Source: Callorhinchus milii | Lineage: Eukaryota | DNA length: 64,000 nt | Assembly: GCF_018977255.1 (NCBI RefSeq) | Contig: NW_024704742.1 | Location: 106,394,001 to 106,458,000 of the forward strand | Direction of reading: 5' to 3' | Notes under the pieces: model-generated | What the model was told of the DNA's origin: nothing | Database searches by the model: none | The model's input: only the letters and a program-made list of their open reading frames with translations | Position numbers and translations under genes: made by a program | In this document: positions 24,536 to 38,958 of the stretch, in pieces | How the letters are laid out: the number at the start of each line of letters is the position of its first letter | Numbering within the stretch: position 1 is the first letter of the stretch

Positions 24536-25597
24536 TAACACTTAAGTGCAATGTAATAATAATTTATCTGCCAGAAGCTTTCCAGTATTAAATGGTTTGT
24601 GGACTGTAGTTAAATGCTTCAGTCAGTGATAGTTGCATTTGATCAGCACAGGATCTGTTTTATGTTTGGAGGAATATTAAAGAACTAATCACTTATAAAT
24701 CATGCAGCCAAGAAGGAGGTTAGCTTAGTCCTCTTATGAGAATACTTGCCATTTGCCACTGTTCCTCATCCAGTATCCTGCTTATCGCATATCAACAGGC
24801 AATTGCTTTATTTTAGAAAAAATAATATTTTGCACATGGTTTTCCCTTATCTTAAAACAGCAGGATGTCCTAATGGTTTTAGCATCTCGTGTCATGAATG
24901 TGTACATATGGAAATCTGTTCATGGTTCTCTGACACCACGTGTAGGCTAAAGCACCACATCTTTCGATTCCCTTCACAAACGGAAGCTCTGGTTTAATTA
25001 GGTGACTATGGAATCAATATCAACCCTGCGATTGTTAGCTGCAGCAATGTAAAACCACTGGTATATGTACTCAGAACATTAATTTGAGGATTATAGTTGT
25101 GCCCTTCGTGTGCCTCTGTGTAATCATTCAAGGCCGGTTAAACCTCATCTGAAAACCATTTTGCTCTGTAGTTAATGGCTTACATGGTTTAAGAATGGAA
25201 TGATTGTAAAACGGCAATTGGGATTTACTTGCAGTGCAGTTTACAGAATCCGAAAAGCAACAGTGGAAGTGAAGGCATTTGTGTGTAAATATGCCTACTT
25301 TGTGCCAAAACGACAACAAGCACAATAAATGCATAACATGCTTTCCAGTACTTTGGGAGTAAACAAACTGATGGTTTACAATAGGATTTACTAATAGCAA
25401 CTCGGAGGAATCCTGACAGTAACTGGGAGTACATCACTGTCAACTCACAGGATCCCCACCCTGAAGATGTGGAGGTAAAGGTGGTTCCCATGAGTTGTCT
25501 TTGATGTGCTACTGGTTACTGGCTCCATTTCCCAATACAGATACTGAATCTCGATTTGTGAATCCTGTTATGAACCCTACTTTTTCACCCCATTATT

Positions 25598-26546
25598 AGT
25601 CGACCTCTCTGCTGTCTTCGACACTGTCAACAACTCCATCCTCATACACCGCCTCTCCGGTTTACTGAATCTTCACGGACTTGCCATTGCCTGGTTCAAT
25701 TCCTATCTCTCTCACCATCTCCACTTTGTTGCCTCTAACGGTTTCTCCTCCAGCCCCTGCACTGTCACGTCTGGCATCACCCAGTCCTTGGCCCTCTCCT
25801 CTTTAATATCAACATGCTCCCCTTTGGTGACATCATCCGCAAACATGGGGTCAACTTCCACACGTATGTGGATGACACCCAACTCTATCTTTCTGCCTCC
25901 ACCCTCAGCTCCAAGACTACTGCTGTCCCATCAGGCCACTGAAACTCTTGTTCATGCCTTCATCACCTCCAGGCTCGACTATGCAAACGCCCTGCTTGTT
26001 GGCCTTCCCAACTCCTCCCTCCACAGGCTGCAGATAATCCAGAACTCTGCAGCTCGTGTCCTCTCCCGCACCAAACTCCGTGACCCCATCTCCCCCACTC
26101 TCGTCCGATTCCATTGGCTCCCTATCCTTCAGAGGATCGAGTTCAAGATCCTGGTCCTCATATACAAAGCCCTCCATGGCCTCACCCCACCCTACCTCTG
26201 TGACCTCCTAACCCCCTACCAACCCTCCGCTCAGCCGGCTCTGGCCTGCTCCACGTCCCCTGACTCACCCGCCCCACCATTGGCGGGAGAGCCTTCAGCC
26301 ACTCTGCCCCCAACCTGTGGAATCCATCCCCCAGTCACTCCGCCTCGCCCCCTCTTAGCCTCCTGCAGATTCCGCCTCAAGACCCTCCTCTTCGCCCATG
26401 CCATTGGCCACTCACCTTCCCCTCCCCTCCCTTCTCCCCCCCTGACCACAGCTCGCGTCTGAAATGCTGTACATTCTCCAGCACCTTGGGACGTCCTCCC
26501 GACGTGAAAGGCGCTATATAAATGTAATTTTGTTGTTGTTGTTGTT
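25598..26546 (+). mobile_element. L2 LINE, 5'-truncated, internal deletion near 25930
   Basis: DLSAVFDTVN motif; ETLVHAFITSRLDYAN...HWLPILQRIEFKIL; collinear with 39352-40750 apart from a missing block. Confidence 0.93.
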
Positions 26547-28589
26547 AAATATTGCTCTGAAATTGTATTCCAAGGGCTTAACAGAAAATAGAAGCATTTT
26601 TATTTTGTTTCTTCAAAAAAGAGCCATCACCTTGATGCTAGTGGTGTTAGTCCAGGTGACAGAAATAGGGATTTATTCTGAGTTACAGGAGGTGATTCTC
26701 AGTCCAGAGAAATCCATTTTATCACAATAAAATAATTTTATAACAATAGCATGATAATGATACTTAGCTTTGACACAGTACCTTTCACATCAGGAGGATG
26801 TCTCAAAGCGCTTCACAGGATATACTGTAGCTTGGAGTGACTATTTTGTGGGTGAACCACAAATCAACCAAAGCAGTTGAGGTTCAGTTCAACAGCATAA
26901 TGCAAAGGCATTTACGCAAGAGGACAAGCAGATAGCAGTCTCGAGGATACGTGTTTTACAAAAAAATTTTACTCCCAAACAAAATAAAAGACCATTGTTT
27001 CAGCTTTAAAACATTGGAAGGAATTCGTCAGATCACTTCTCAAGCCGAGTTTAGTAATTAAGAAAGTGGGTTCTAATTATTATTTGAAGTCAGATGACTA
27101 TATTTAGTCACACTTATTCCGTTACCTTGAAAGAAGTAAAGACTTCTAAAAATGGCAGAATGAGAGGAAACAAGGAGAGATAATTGTATAACTGGTAATT
27201 AAAAGACCATAGGATCAATTCAGTGATTATTTGCCATAAATCATTAATTCTCCTGGCAGTATATTTAGATTTATGTCTTCGACACATGTTTGTGAAGCCA
27301 AGTGCCTATCTTAGGAATGGGGAACTTTTGTAATTAAAACCGACATCAGAAGAAACAGGTTAGTGGGCATTAGCTATGCAGTATATTTGTACCCTTGTTG
27401 GGGAAGCAATGAAAAGCCCCTTAATTAAACGAACCTTTTAGAAAATGTCACAATCAAATTTAATGGAACTTTTATTTCCTTCCGATATGAAATGACCTGT
27501 CAGAAGTTCTGAGGCTCTTATTCAGAGCACTCGTCTCAAGGTGACACTGTCGTTTGCTTGCAGGAATACATTCATTTTGAGTTCAGAGGACTCTTTTTCT
27601 TTGCTAAAGTGACAGTATAGATCCCATGGCTAACACCATCAATTACTTTGAAAGGACTATGGGAGGTAAGTGCCCTCAGTAGAAGTCCAGCAAAGTGCCA
27701 GTGCAGGGTCTAACTAAAATTTGACGAATTCAGTTCTTGTGTTTATATCATATATCGATCACGAAATATTGAAGGGGAATCCAATACGATCTTCTAAATG
27801 TCAAGATTTGAATGAATCAGCGCCTCATTTACTTAAGCCGCATTTGAAGGTCTGTTGCCTCATTAATGCCTGTCATGTTAGCCGTCCGTGAATGCCCTAT
27901 TGGTGAATCATATTAGATTATTTGTACTTACTGAGCACCATTTGTTTTGCAGATTGGTCTGATTCAAAGAGAAAGGTCATATTCCTTTGCTTCTAGGTTT
28001 ACAGCAAGCAGACTATTTAATCATACAATGAAGTTTAATTAAAGTGAGGATTTGTGTAATTAGATACTCCTGTCCTTGTTATTTACTTTTATTTTTTGGG
28101 TCATATCTTAACGCATTTCCTAGCCTGATGGTTCCTAATGATGATTTTAGCAGAGAAATAGCATCTATCCATACCTATTATTATCAATCCAAAGGATTCA
28201 CCATGAAGATGGGGGTAAGATTTCATTTTTCATTGCACAAAATTGGTTTTAATTAAAAAAAATTCTTATGATTATGATGTTAAAATATGTTGTTCAGTGT
28301 CAAAAATCTCAACTTGTATTTATACCACAGGGAGTAGGGACGGAACAATGGAAGATAGATTAGATATGGATTATGCCAAAGACAAACGGTCATTTCCACT
28401 ATTGTTATACAATATGTACTACAAAATTTAAACAATAAATGACAATAGCCACCCCAGTGAGATGTGAAATCCTGTAATTTAGGACCTTTGTAGTTAGGAA
28501 TTGTTACAAAATGCAGCACTATTCCACCTCCAAAGTGAAGTGAAGGAAATGCACTTCGTGTATGTGTGTTTGTATATATCTGTGTCACC

Positions 28590-28975
28590 CAAAGAGCTCA
28601 GGTGGTAGCACTCTCATTGAGCCAAGAAGGTTACGGCTTCAGGCTCTAAATCAGAACTTAGAACCCATATAGTCTAAGCTAATGCTCCAATACAGTGATG
28701 GTGGTTTCTACATTGTCAGAGGTGCCGTCCTGCAAATGAAACATTAAACCAAGGTCCCATCTGTCTCTTCAGGTGAACATGAAAGATCCCATGGCAGATA
28801 GCAAAGGGAGTTTCTCCCGGTGTCCTGGTCAACAATTCACATATAAAATTGGTCATTTTTTGTGGGACATTGCTGTGCACAAACTGGGTGGTATTTCGCC
28901 CGCTAAATGTACAGTTACATCACTTTGTAGTACATCCTGTGAAATTCTTTTAGATGTCTTGACAATATGATATAT
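28590..28975 (+). mobile_element. Deu-domain tRNA SINE, near full length
   Basis: agctcaggtggtagcactctc head; gaggtgccgtcctgcaaatgaaacattaaaccaaggtcccatctgtctcttcaggtgaacatgaaagatcccatggca. Confidence 0.85.
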
Positions 28976-29784
28976 ATATATTATGTTTGTGTAAATATAT
29001 GCATTAAATATGTATCTAATCACAGGCACATATACTGTGTACATGTCTGTGTATAGTAACTACTTGTTACTATAAATAAATGTAAATAATACTAATCGTA
29101 GCATTTGACAATTGTCATTTGTCAACTATATTAGCAGAACTTTGCCTGGCTGTCACCAACATGCTAACATAGGCAGGTGAGCTATGATCTCATGCCCAGT
29201 GATTGCACAGCATTGATATGTTCTGCTTCATGTGTTGAGACTGGTGTCCCATTTTAATAATGTTTGACTGTTGTTTACAGCACAACATAAACTGTGTGGG
29301 TGTGCTGATGAATACGAGCAGCTTATATTTATTCCCCGCTATATATTTTTTAATCATTCCGACGATATTTGTCTTTGCTGTACTTCATGGAAATATATCA
29401 CCACTGGATCAAACCAAACAAGCTTGTGTAAATCATCAAATATTAGGGTTGTGACACAAAAACAGCAATGCAGCTTTACAACTAACCATATATTGCCAGC
29501 ATCTGTGGCTTTAATTATGAAATTGGTCATTTAAAAGTATTTGAATCATTTATGGATAATACCTAACCAGCTGAGAAGCCCAGAGAGGTTGAATGGAGGA
29601 CACACCTATGAGGCTACCTCTTTCTTTCTAGAACAGAGATGACTGAGAGGGGACTTGAGAGATGTGTTAAAGATTTGGATTCAGATCAGATGCCCAAAAT
29701 ACCATCTAATCTTAGCCTATGGGAACATTTGGTCGTTATTTTTAGATTTAAGCATTTTCCATAACTCTGCACCTTCTTAAATGT

Positions 29785-29997
29785 ATAATAATAACTGTAT
29801 AGCGTATTATCACATCTTTAAGATGTCTCAAAGTGCTTCACAGAGTATACTATAAAGTGGTGTGACTGTGTGTATTTTGTGAGTGAACACAGCAGCCAAT
29901 TTACACTCAGCAATTTCCCACAAAAAGCCATGAAGTGAATGACCAATTTTATTTGGGAGATTGTTGGCCAGTACACTGGGAGAAACTCCTTTCTCTT
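29785..29997 (-). mobile_element. SINE 3' half
   Basis: Reverse complement of the shared tail plus the end of the Deu domain. Confidence 0.75.
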
Positions 29998-32900
29998 TGT
30001 CAATGTAAAGGCAAAATGGTTCAGAGGCTGCAATTAAGTAAATATTTGGGACTAACGTTTTCTGCTATGCGTAGGTATGGTTCAAGAGCAAAGAGTTCTA
30101 TCATCAAACAAGAGCAACAAAAGAGAACAGAAAGTGCAGGAGAATTTTGTTTAGTACAAGGATGAAAGAGGTATTTTTCAAATCAGCCTGCCCAGGAAGA
30201 TTGCAATTTCCGGGGACCTTCTAGCAGTCTAAGGGTTAATGAGGTTTTGAAATCTAACGAAAAAGGATGTTGTATCATTTGAATGTTCTAACGGATCTCC
30301 TTGGATCTCCAGTGGGAGGTTAGGTTCAATCTGGCAGGATTCTGCATAAAATAGATTTAGGCTATTAAAATGAGCCCGTGCAGAATAATAATCTTTTCTG
30401 TGCCTTTATGCCTCAAAGATGTATTTTGTCACAGTCCATCAGCTATTGCTAAAATGAATGTTACGCACAATCACAGTCCACTGGATTTTCCAATTGTACA
30501 TAATTGCTTATCCATAAGCAACTAATTGTATCAGATTTTCATCTGTAACAGTTTATTACAGCTTTTACAATTGCTTGTTTGAAATCAGTGCAGATTGAGG
30601 TAAATGGAATATCTACCATACGTTTCCCATTGAGGATTCAATCTGCGTGCAAATGTATCCCGAGATTTTTTTATTTTCTTTCCAAAGTAAGGATAAGTCT
30701 CCAGACACCGAAGCCCTCGTCAATGTGTTCAAATAAAACTGACTTCATCCAGATTAATAACAATTTAAAGTTGTCTTGAAATTAATAGTGTGTACACAGT
30801 AAACATCAGTTTCATCTCAGGAAAGCTGAAGGGTACAGACATTTTATTTGCTATACAACATTGTGCAATTCCCTACATCTTCCAAAGTTGGATTAGTCCA
30901 TTATTTTCTAATATTGTAGATTCTCATTCATGCTGATCATTCCAGAGATGAGTGTTCACAAAACGCTCCTGGCCTCAACTTGGTGGAGGACCGACACACA
31001 TCTACACAAATCTAGCAAACAAATCCTAAACCAATCTATGCAAACTCGATCACCCATGGAATCAACTCACTGTAGCAATCTTTGAAGCTGTGTTATCAAA
31101 CTGTGACACATGCAGCGTATTAAAGTTATACGTTCCCCTGTATTTGATGCACCAGTATGATATGGTATCTCGCTTCTGCATCACCTGTTTTGAAAAGAAA
31201 ACAAATGTTAAGCTTTTTTCTGTCTCGTAATTTATTTCCACTGTGGCATCCATGGTACTAAGTGCATACAGCGGGCTTGGTACTGCAGCACTGCTAACAT
31301 GAAAGGGACACGCTTCTGAAGCAAACAAAGCAGCACTTTATGAAAATGTAATTGTGAAGCTCAAATTGCTGTGTAATTGCTTATACAAATTAGAAAATAA
31401 GATATATGGAACTGCAGGGATTCTGCCTGAAGCCATTTTTTGGGATTGTTTGATTTTCAATTTTAGCCATTCAAAAAGAAGGGAATGTTTTCCCACAGGA
31501 TTCTATACATTCTTTTTTTAAAATAAAGTACAGGGATAACTGATTTAAACAAAACGTGACACCAGTAATGGTTTTCATATGAGATGAAAGAAACATTACA
31601 CTGATAATGGTTTTCATATGATCTAGCAATTCCCAGTATTATCCTTTGCTTTTCTCTCTGCATGTACTTGTTTCAATTAAAATCCTGTATCTAATCCACG
31701 GTTCTGACCTGAAGAGCCACAAATCTCGTGTTTGCGTGCACAGTGGTCACATTACAGCCAATCTGGCCCTTACATAGAATTTGCCCGAAGCCTTTAATTG
31801 AAAGCCAGAGATAGATGTGCTTTCATCAAAGATATACCCAGCCCCCAGCTGAGCATACCACAGACATTTCATGTAGTGGAGAGCCAGGTGGAAGCTTTGA
31901 GGTCACGATGGAGTTGCAAACATGTGCCTCATAAATCGATGTGAAACCCTTTCCACTATTTCCTCAGTGACCAGATGGGCTGTGTCTTGGAGCACTCACT
32001 GCAGTCATTATGCTGAGCATCAGGGTGTGCAATTGATTTTGAGATAACAGACAAGAAGGAAGGGTTGGCAGGCTTGACTGCCTTCTGTCAACGTAAGTGT
32101 CCGAAAACAATGTAATTCAGCAAATGTGCCTCAATTTGGGTGGGAAAACTTGACAGGGTGATTCTTTTCTTGTCATATAATGCAAAGGTGTAATAGGAAG
32201 CCATTCTTCTGCCTCCTGATCTGTGACTGCAGTGGCTGAATCTGGACGCCATGATGCATGGTTCGATTTTACTGACTGTGTTCGCCTTCCAGTCTCCTTT
32301 CCTCCCTACAGAAACAGTGTGACAGATGATCCATCCCAGTGAGAAGTCTGAACCAACTCAAAGCATGTTTAATCCTTACAATGTGTACACTTTGCTATTA
32401 ATACAATGCCCAGCATAGAAAGCCCCATTACCTGTTAGTGAAGGTTAGGATAATATTGCTGTGTTATGTGTAGTTTCTAACTCAGGCATAACTGTCATTA
32501 TTAGTATAACAGTTGTAGCATCACATATTTCCGACAAACACAGCGTCTGGCACTTACTTGTCTTTTTTTCTTTATTTTCATCACATACTGAGAGAAACTG
32601 CACCAAGTGTGCCAGACATTCACAAAAAACTGTATACCTGCACTTATTTAGTTGCAGCTTTCAAGATCATTTAGGGAATAAAAAGCTTCTGTGATACATG
32701 GAGAGAAATTCCACCTAGGCCTAGATTTACTCTATATTAGAGATAGGTTTTAAAAATTGGGGGTGCCAATTAAACATGTCTTGTCTTTCCAGTACCTTCA
32801 GTTGCTGAAGTTGTATATAATATAGTATTGGCTCTTGAATGTAGTCTTTCTGATAACATTGAAAGGGTGGGTTTAAAAGTTAGGTTTTAAGGTTTTAATC

Positions 32901-34099
32901 CCGCAAACACTTTGAGACTTTCTCCCAACATGAAAAGTGCTACATCAGATTCAAGGATGACTATTATTAAAAAACACACCAAACCCCCACAAAAAAGTTT
33001 TTTTTAAAAAAAACGTTGAAGAAGTTGGTTCCCCAGAATATCAATTCACACACTAAGGTATAAATGCAGGAATGTGAATGAATATGGTTGCTGATAACAA
33101 AAAAAGTTTTGAAAAATTTTGTAAGGCACCAATTTTAAAATGTAAACCAAATAAACTGATTGGCGAAGCTTCCTATATTCATCCAGTTGTACATTTGCAG
33201 AGATCTTGTCAACCCCTGCATGAGTAACTGTATAAAATCCAGCTGCTTTGCACTGAATCACAGCTGGAAGTGAAGATACATTGCTTCCAGCAGCAGAAAC
33301 CAGGCATCAGACAACTCTAGAATGCGTCCATGTGTGGTTACGATATGGAACTGTTTATCTTGAATTGGTGATGCGTACTGCCATGGTTCATTTCAATTTG
33401 GGTAGATTGCACAACACTGCACAACTATTCCCTATATACAATTTAAAAATATATAATAATTCTCACTAATAAGCCTGTTTCCCTAATTTGTATTGGTCCA
33501 GGACATTCTTTTCAGGGTAAAGGGACCATAAGAAGAGGAATATTTTGAAAATGGACAAAGTGGGCTTTCAGTCTATGCTCAAGCCTGCAAACCAGCCACT
33601 AACCCCCAATGGAAAGATCACCTGAAAATAGGAGCAAATGACTTAAATGAGTGGAAGAAAATATTATATGATAGAGCTGTCCTTTCAATATGTTGAATTA
33701 TAACCAAACTGTAAGTTAACAAAGCGAAAGTTGTTAAGGAATTGTGCTTCACAGTAACACTCTTTTAGTTTTGTTGCAGTTGATTTAAAAATATAGATTT
33801 TTGTCTAAACTGTGATTGCTGCTGGCATCATTGAGCATACTAGCTCAGAAGGGTTACTGAGGCAGGATATGAGAGACAGAATAAATAATTATAGAGATAG
33901 GCATAAATTAACAAGCAATTCAGCATTGTGTATGTTAATGTTCCCTCATGCTGTCAGGCTGAGGAACCCTTCCAAGGCAGACATGAGCAGTCTTATTAAC
34001 CAAAGAATGTATTCAAGGACAAGATAATCTTACAAATTATTTCATCCCAATTAATTAATTAATCCTAAAGTTATTTACTCTAATGTTGTATAAATTTTG

Positions 34100-34236
34100 G
34101 GGAAGACAAGTTTGCAAGGCTATAGGGAAAGCGCGGGGGAATGAGATTGATTTGGATAGCTTTTTTCAAAGAGTCGGCACAGATACGATGGGCTGAATGG
34201 CCTCTTTCTGTGCTGTATAATTCGATGATTCTATGA
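34100..34236 (+). mobile_element. CR1 3' tail
   Basis: Matches 34970-35104; ends gatgattctatga. Confidence 0.85.
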
Positions 34237-34349
34237 AATGTTAACCGTTAGGCTGCCAGCATCTACAAACAATTTGGTGCTTCAGTTTGCACATTTTATA
34301 GTTGAAGAGTCCCTTATTCAAAATCTCTTTGACCATGCTTTCAGTCATC

Positions 34350-35104
34350 TTAATGGTAGAATCTTAAAGGGGGTGAAGGTATAGAGAGACCTGGGGGTTC
34401 ATATAAGTAAATCTTTGAAGGAAGGTGGCAGGACAGGTAGATAAAGCTGTTAAAATAGCATACGGGATATTAGGTTTTATAAACAGGGGCATAGAATACA
34501 AAAGTCAGGAAGTTGTGATGAACCTTGTAAAACACTGGTTAGGCCTCAGCTGGAGTACTGTGTTCAGTTCTGGGCACCACACTTTAGGAAGGATGTCAAG
34601 GCATTGAAGAGGGTGTAATGAAGATTTACCAGGATGGTACCAGGAATGAGGATTTCAGGTATCAGAAGAGGATAGAGAAGCTAGGATTATTCTCCTTGGA
34701 GCAGAGAAGGTTAAGAGGAGACTTAATAGAAGTTTTCAAAATTATGAGGGGATTCGATAGGGTGAACAAGGAGAAACTATTTCCACTGGTTGGTGGGTCG
34801 GTAACCCGAGGACACCGATTTAAAATAGTTGTTAAAAGAAACAGAGGGGAGGTGAGGAGAATATTTTTCATGCAGCAAGTTGTTCATATCTGGAATACAT
34901 AGCCTGAAAGGGTGGTGGAAGCTTATTCGATAACAACTTTTAAGAGAGAAGTGGATAATTATTTAGAGAGGACAAGTTTGCAGGGCTATGGGGAAAGAGG
35001 AGTAGAGTGGGATTGATTTGGATAGCTCTTTTCAAAGAGCAAGCATAGACACGATGGGCCAAATGGCCTCTTTCTGAACTGTATAATTCTATGATTCTAT
35101 GATT
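34350..35104 (+). mobile_element. CR1 LINE 3' end
   Basis: [48 protein letters not shown]; attctatg tandem tail; same family as 1430-3120. Confidence 0.95.
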
Positions 35105-36222
35105 GATTGTATAATCTTTCCTTTTCCCATCCCTCTCATCTCCCACCCCCACTTCAGGTGCCAAGCCAGGACTGTTAAGTGCTTTACGATGTCCTCCTGA
35201 TGTGAAAGGCACAATATAAATGTAAATTTGTATTGTAATTTGTATTGAATTTCTTTAATGCTGCCATAATTAATGATTATTACTATCATTATATGATTAC
35301 TGTAATATTACTGTCATATTAAAATATTACATACTTAATATTTAAAATAAACACTTTAGAACTTGAGCTCTGCTCTTCCTGCTGTTTATCGAACTTCCTT
35401 CCCTATTGTTTAATGTCCTCCATTTTGACTATTTCTTTATATTTGTTCTCATTTTATTTTCAAAATTGAATTGTATCTGTTGTCTGGTGCCTTCACTGGC
35501 CCATCATCCAGAACCACACCTCCAAAATTCCATCTACTATTGGGTCTATCTTGGTTTCAGTCAGTGATGAGTCACAACATTAAAAGATTACCGGTAGAGA
35601 GACAGACCAAATCTAACACATTTCGGACTCTTCACAATTGCAAATAGCCTGGAGAGGCAATTAGTCATTAAACCAGGGTCAGAACCAGTTATCAGGTCAG
35701 ACGTCGCTAAAGTGTTAAGTTAGATATGTTGTGGATCTTACAATCAGGCCTACATTTTGCTATAGGCCCCTTGTTGACCTCGAAAAGTCCCCAAAAGTGT
35801 CTGACAACAGGTCAATAAGCAAAATACCAGCCACAAACTGGCCTTTGCTAACCTTCAGGTTTGGTATTTCTTTGAGAATGTTTCAGTGAATTTCAGTCAA
35901 AATTGTTTGTTAGTTGTTCAATTTCAGGTACAACTCGAAGTTCCAGTTGCATTGCCTTTCAGTTTACGATACACAATTTCGACCACCTGAATAATCTGTG
36001 CTGCAAATTTCTAAACATGCGTGATGTAGAAAACACACCACCAGAATTTTGTCACAACTGCATCTGTTCTTGGTTAAATTAAGCTATAAATAAACTATAC
36101 CTCCTTTTGGGAATGTTGTGTTGATGTGCAAAAGCAATTTGCAACAAGAATGTTCCTCCAAAATATAATAACTATTTATTTGCAGGTAAATGGTAGAAAA
36201 CTACATTTTAATCTGTTGTTTA

Positions 36223-36907
36223 TCTGTGAAAAGTGAAGCCTTTTCTTATTATTTGTGATATGATTATAAATGTTTGCTGTATTGCTTTGGAACATGTAAG
36301 GCTATTAATGGCAAACAGCTTACTAAAATCTCTATTCTAATACCCAAGGCTAACTAGGAACAATGAACCATTAGATTATGATGGGTAAAATAAAATGGTA
36401 TGTATTGAACTGAAACTGCCAATGGAGGCATGAGTGAACTTCACAGTGTTTGTCCCAAACCTTTCAAATGACAGACACTGTTCCCAAATAACAATGCTGA
36501 ATATTCTCTGTTCCAGCAACATTTTGCAGTAAATATACTTTTGGAAAAATATCAGAGAGCTGAGATTCAGAGTCAATCTGATCCAATATATCCCTTGCAC
36601 ACACAAATTAATCCACTTTTACCAAGAATGTGCAGAAGGGACGATGTCAGATGTGTGTGAAAGGTTATTCGGTTGGCTTGCAGTGTGGTAAAGAAATTAG
36701 AAGCAGTAGTTGTTTGGTCGCTTGGTCAGTCAGTCGGTCTGGCAGGCAGATAAGTAGTTTCAAGAGTTTTCTGTGAAAAGTGAAGTCTTTTCTTATAATT
36801 TGTGATATGATTATAAATGTTTGCTGGGTTGCTTTGGGACATGCGAGGCTATTAATGGCAAACAGCTTACTAAAATCTCTGTTCTAACACCCAAGGCTAA
36901 CTAGGAA
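36223..36907. repeat. 138-bp direct repeat pair (36223-36360 and 36770-36907)
   Basis: Manual alignment gives about 9 substitutions and no indels. Confidence 0.9.
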
Positions 36908-38897
36908 AGGAAACAACATCAGAAAAAGAAAACGATATCAGGAAAAAAAACTGAATAACGTCTCTGAAAATCTCAATGACTTTCTCTATCAGTGTGACAC
37001 AAGCATCACATCTGCAGAGCTCCAAAACATGACACTCCAGAAAAGTAGAAGAAAGGAAACAGCAGGACGTCCACCATTGCTGATAGACAGATACAATGAA
37101 GAAGTGATGGCTCTCTTCTCTTTACTCGGTGTGTCAGAGATGTCAGAGAGGGACTTTTCTTGGACTTATGCCCTGCAAAGATCATTGATTCTTTTGTTCT
37201 GGCTGTACACAAAGAAGAAATACCTATAAATTGTTCAATTCCTTCGGTAGATAGATAACAGCTGGGAAGCAAGAGATGAGAAGGAAAGAGATGCACAAAA
37301 TATCACTGGGGTTAGGGAACGTCAAGTGAGTTGGACAAACAGCATCAACAACAACAAAATCACATTTGTAAAATCGCCTTTCACGTCGGGAAGACATCCC
37401 GAGGCACTATGGGACACCTTGGGACAAAGGGATCAATAAATATAAGGAGAGCAACCTGCTGATCCAATGGTTGTCAAATAGCAAGTATGAGCTGTTTATT
37501 TAAAGATAATTCATCACTCCTGATCACATGTATTGCATGTGTTTGGACCACATATAAGATGGATCATGATAATTCTGAAATAAGTCACTGAAAATTCACC
37601 AACAGTCATTAACAATTGACTATTTGCATAATTTAACTAATTAAAACTTAACTAATTTAGTAACTGATTTATAAATCATTAAGAAACCTGGGACATTAAC
37701 TATGATATATTGTATACAGGGAAAATAACAGTGCAACTGATTCCTAAATGATATGATTGAGATTTTGAAAGCATTTCAGGGCTGATGCAGTTTACAATAA
37801 TTAAAAAAAACACAATGATCTTTCAAATATCGATTTTATTTGAATGAACCTATTGGCTCTGATCTTCACTACTTGAATTTAATTTTCATTCTATATAATT
37901 TTAACTGGTATGTCAATGTAATTCTGTGCAATGCTGCTTATGGTCTCATTTACTGTTGTATCCTGGCCAACATTAAATTTAGCTTTGAAATGCTTCATAT
38001 AATCAGAACAAAACTAATTATTGGATGCCTACGGCACTAATATATCTGGGAATGTGTATGGGAAAGATTTCTAATGGATTCATGAAATGGGTCAACCAGA
38101 GACATCAATCAAATAGTTGAACAGCTAAACATTTGTTTCCAAGCAAATGTATCTTTATACAGTCATCTTAAACCTCCCCTGCTTTATCTAGAGTTGAATA
38201 GTACATACACATTACCTCTCATGACCTGAGCTATACTGTGCCTTTATATAGTCATGCCATTTCATTCTAAACCTGAGCAAGCAGAGATTCAGTTCCACAC
38301 TGAGCGCATTGTAAAGAGGAACTCCACAACACTTAGTCTGGGGAATATTGTACTTCATAATGTACTTTCCTCTCAGGCTGTTTGTGGGACATTGCTGTGC
38401 ACAAACCATTGACCATTCACCTACAAAATAAACAGTCACTACACTTTACAATAAAATCCCGTGAAGGGCTTTCAGACATGAAAAGTGCTGTATAAAATGC
38501 AAGATTTATTACTTATTATTATTTTCTTCATCTTCTCCACATCACCTGTCTCTGTTCCTAACACAACTGAAACCCTTTATTAGCCCCAGGCTTGATTTTC
38601 AAATGTCCTCCTCACCTACCTCTCCAGTCCTACTATCCACAAGCTCCAGCTCATCCAAAACTCAGCATTCCTATCACCCCCATCCTCAGCAGGCAACACT
38701 GAGTGTTTGTTTCCTAATGAATCGATCGTCACTCCCACCTTCAAATCTCAACACCCTCACCATCTTGCCCCCCTTCACTTGGAAAATTCAGGCCAGTTGT
38801 GTGTTACTTACCCCCACTGCCCACCTTTCATGACTGATAATCGGTATCTTGCCTAGTTTTTCACAATCTGTATTTGTATTTGCCAGTATTTGTATTT

Positions 38898-38958
38898 GCC
38901 AGTATTTGTTTCACGTTTTGTGAACAGTCAGTGAACAAAACGTGAAACAAATACTGGC
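38898..38958. repeat. Perfect inverted repeat with 24-bp arms and a 13-nt loop
   Basis: gccagtatttgtttcacgttttgt / acaaaacgtgaaacaaatactggc. Confidence 0.95.
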
